Source: Amoebidium appalachense (lineage: Eukaryota > Protista > Ichthyosporea). From it: 64,000 nt of DNA. The notes below the pieces were generated by a model. The model saw only the letters and a list, made by a program, of their open reading frames with translations, had not been told where the DNA came from and ran no database searches. Shown here piece after piece: positions 63,060 through 64,000 of this stretch. Position 1 is the stretch's first letter, and each line of letters opens with the position of its first letter. The stretch covers positions 1,589,989 through 1,653,988 of the forward strand of contig CAVNZM010000017.1 of assembly GCA_963693365.1 (NCBI GenBank). The letters run 5' to 3'. The position numbers were made by a program, and so were the translations under genes.

Positions 63060-63330
63060 TTTCCCCCCCCCCTTCCTCCCCTCATTTAAAGAAGGAAAAA
63101 AAGAAAGAAAGAAAGAAAAAAAGAAACACAGGCTCACTCTTCACGAATTGAATTCTAAAGTGACTCACCTGACCCGCTCTGCACTTGCGCAAGTGTACGT
63201 CCTCTGCAGCAGCCTGGCCCCAACCGATAGCACCGAGGCAGTACCGTGAGTAGTGCTATCATTAGCCGCCCCTGCAGACAACATCGTGAAGGGGCTGAAT
63301 GTGTTGAGCCAACGATGTGCTGTGCTGCGG
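61775..63330 (-). pseudogene. Possible degenerate multi-exon gene
   Basis: Exon-like blocks with GTGAGT/GTAAGT donors (~63330-63169; ~62309-62217 GVTEILDHGYLNLEIGQVENIENMALKFLLL) and a long frame ~62700-62340 broken by TAAs. No domain recognised. Confidence 0.3.
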
Positions 63331-63419
63331 CCTCCTCCTCTCTCTCTCTCTCTCTCCCCCCCCCCCTCTCCCCCCTCCCCCCTTAGACCTCCCACGGAAC
63401 CCCCCCCCCCATCTGTGCC

Positions 63420-63483
<64 letters not shown>

Positions 63484-63954
63484 GGCCACAAAGGGGACGT
63501 GGTTCGGGGCACGGCCCACGGCGGCGCGCGCAAAGGGAAACATGGCCTCGCGTCGCGACTGGCGGTGGTTGACGCTGCAAACTTAATAGCAAACTAGTAG
63601 ATAGTGCTCGAGCTCGGGAGCCGCCTCGAACTTCAGTTTACCGATTTTGCAGGAACCTGTATGTGTTGAATTCGAAGCCGGATTTTGTCACTGTCAAAGT
63701 GACTTGTGCCGCATAGACCGATTCCTTTTCAATTGTTCAACGGGTTTGGCTCATAAATAACCTCACTTCTCATGCCCGACACAGCCACCGCGTACCCGCG
63801 ATCTCACTCATGCAGCTGTCACATGTATTGAAAAATTAAAGGGTGTATGTATGCCGCCCTTGTCAGTGATGTTATGCAAACAAATGCCACAAACGTGTAT
63901 GGCAATTGCAGCATGGGTTTAACAGCTGTACGACATGGAATCTCATGAGTTCAC

Positions 63955-63996
63955 ATTAGATAGCGCACCGAAACTTTTTTCGGTGCGCTATCTAAT
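63955..63996. repeat. Perfect 19-bp inverted repeat (hairpin) with 4-nt loop
   Basis: ATTAGATAGCGCACCGAAA-CTTT-TTTCGGTGCGCTATCTAAT. Confidence 0.9.
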
Positions 63997-64000
63997 CACT

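Overview
Eukaryotic genomic DNA with spliceosomal introns, extremely rich in (CA/TG)n, (GA/TC)n and poly-C/poly-G tracts. Nearly all ORFs in the supplied track are repeat artefacts. Manual phase-consistent splicing recovers three intact conserved genes: a RhoGAP (+, ~4.9-11.6 kb); a PduO/MMAB-type cob(I)alamin adenosyltransferase (-, 25359-17205) with no N-terminal presequence but a C-terminal hydrophobic tail and an intronic tRNA-Ser(CGA); and an ANKRD49-like ankyrin protein (+, 25968-30274) head-to-head with MMAB. The RhoGAP-MMAB intergenic region is a nest of mobile DNA: ~580-bp inverted arms, a 2.2-kb Helitron-like insertion splitting one arm, a MITE and a G-spaced minisatellite. The right half is accessory. 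It holds three intronless F-box/LRR paralogues, all interrupted, two further MITEs, and two convergent paralogues of a Cys-rich gene family I do not recognise (+ 44066-52837 with a GC-AG intron; - 55420-53956), also interrupted by homopolymer frameshifts and in-frame stops. The organism cannot be identified from the sequence alone, and the gene models lack transcript support.
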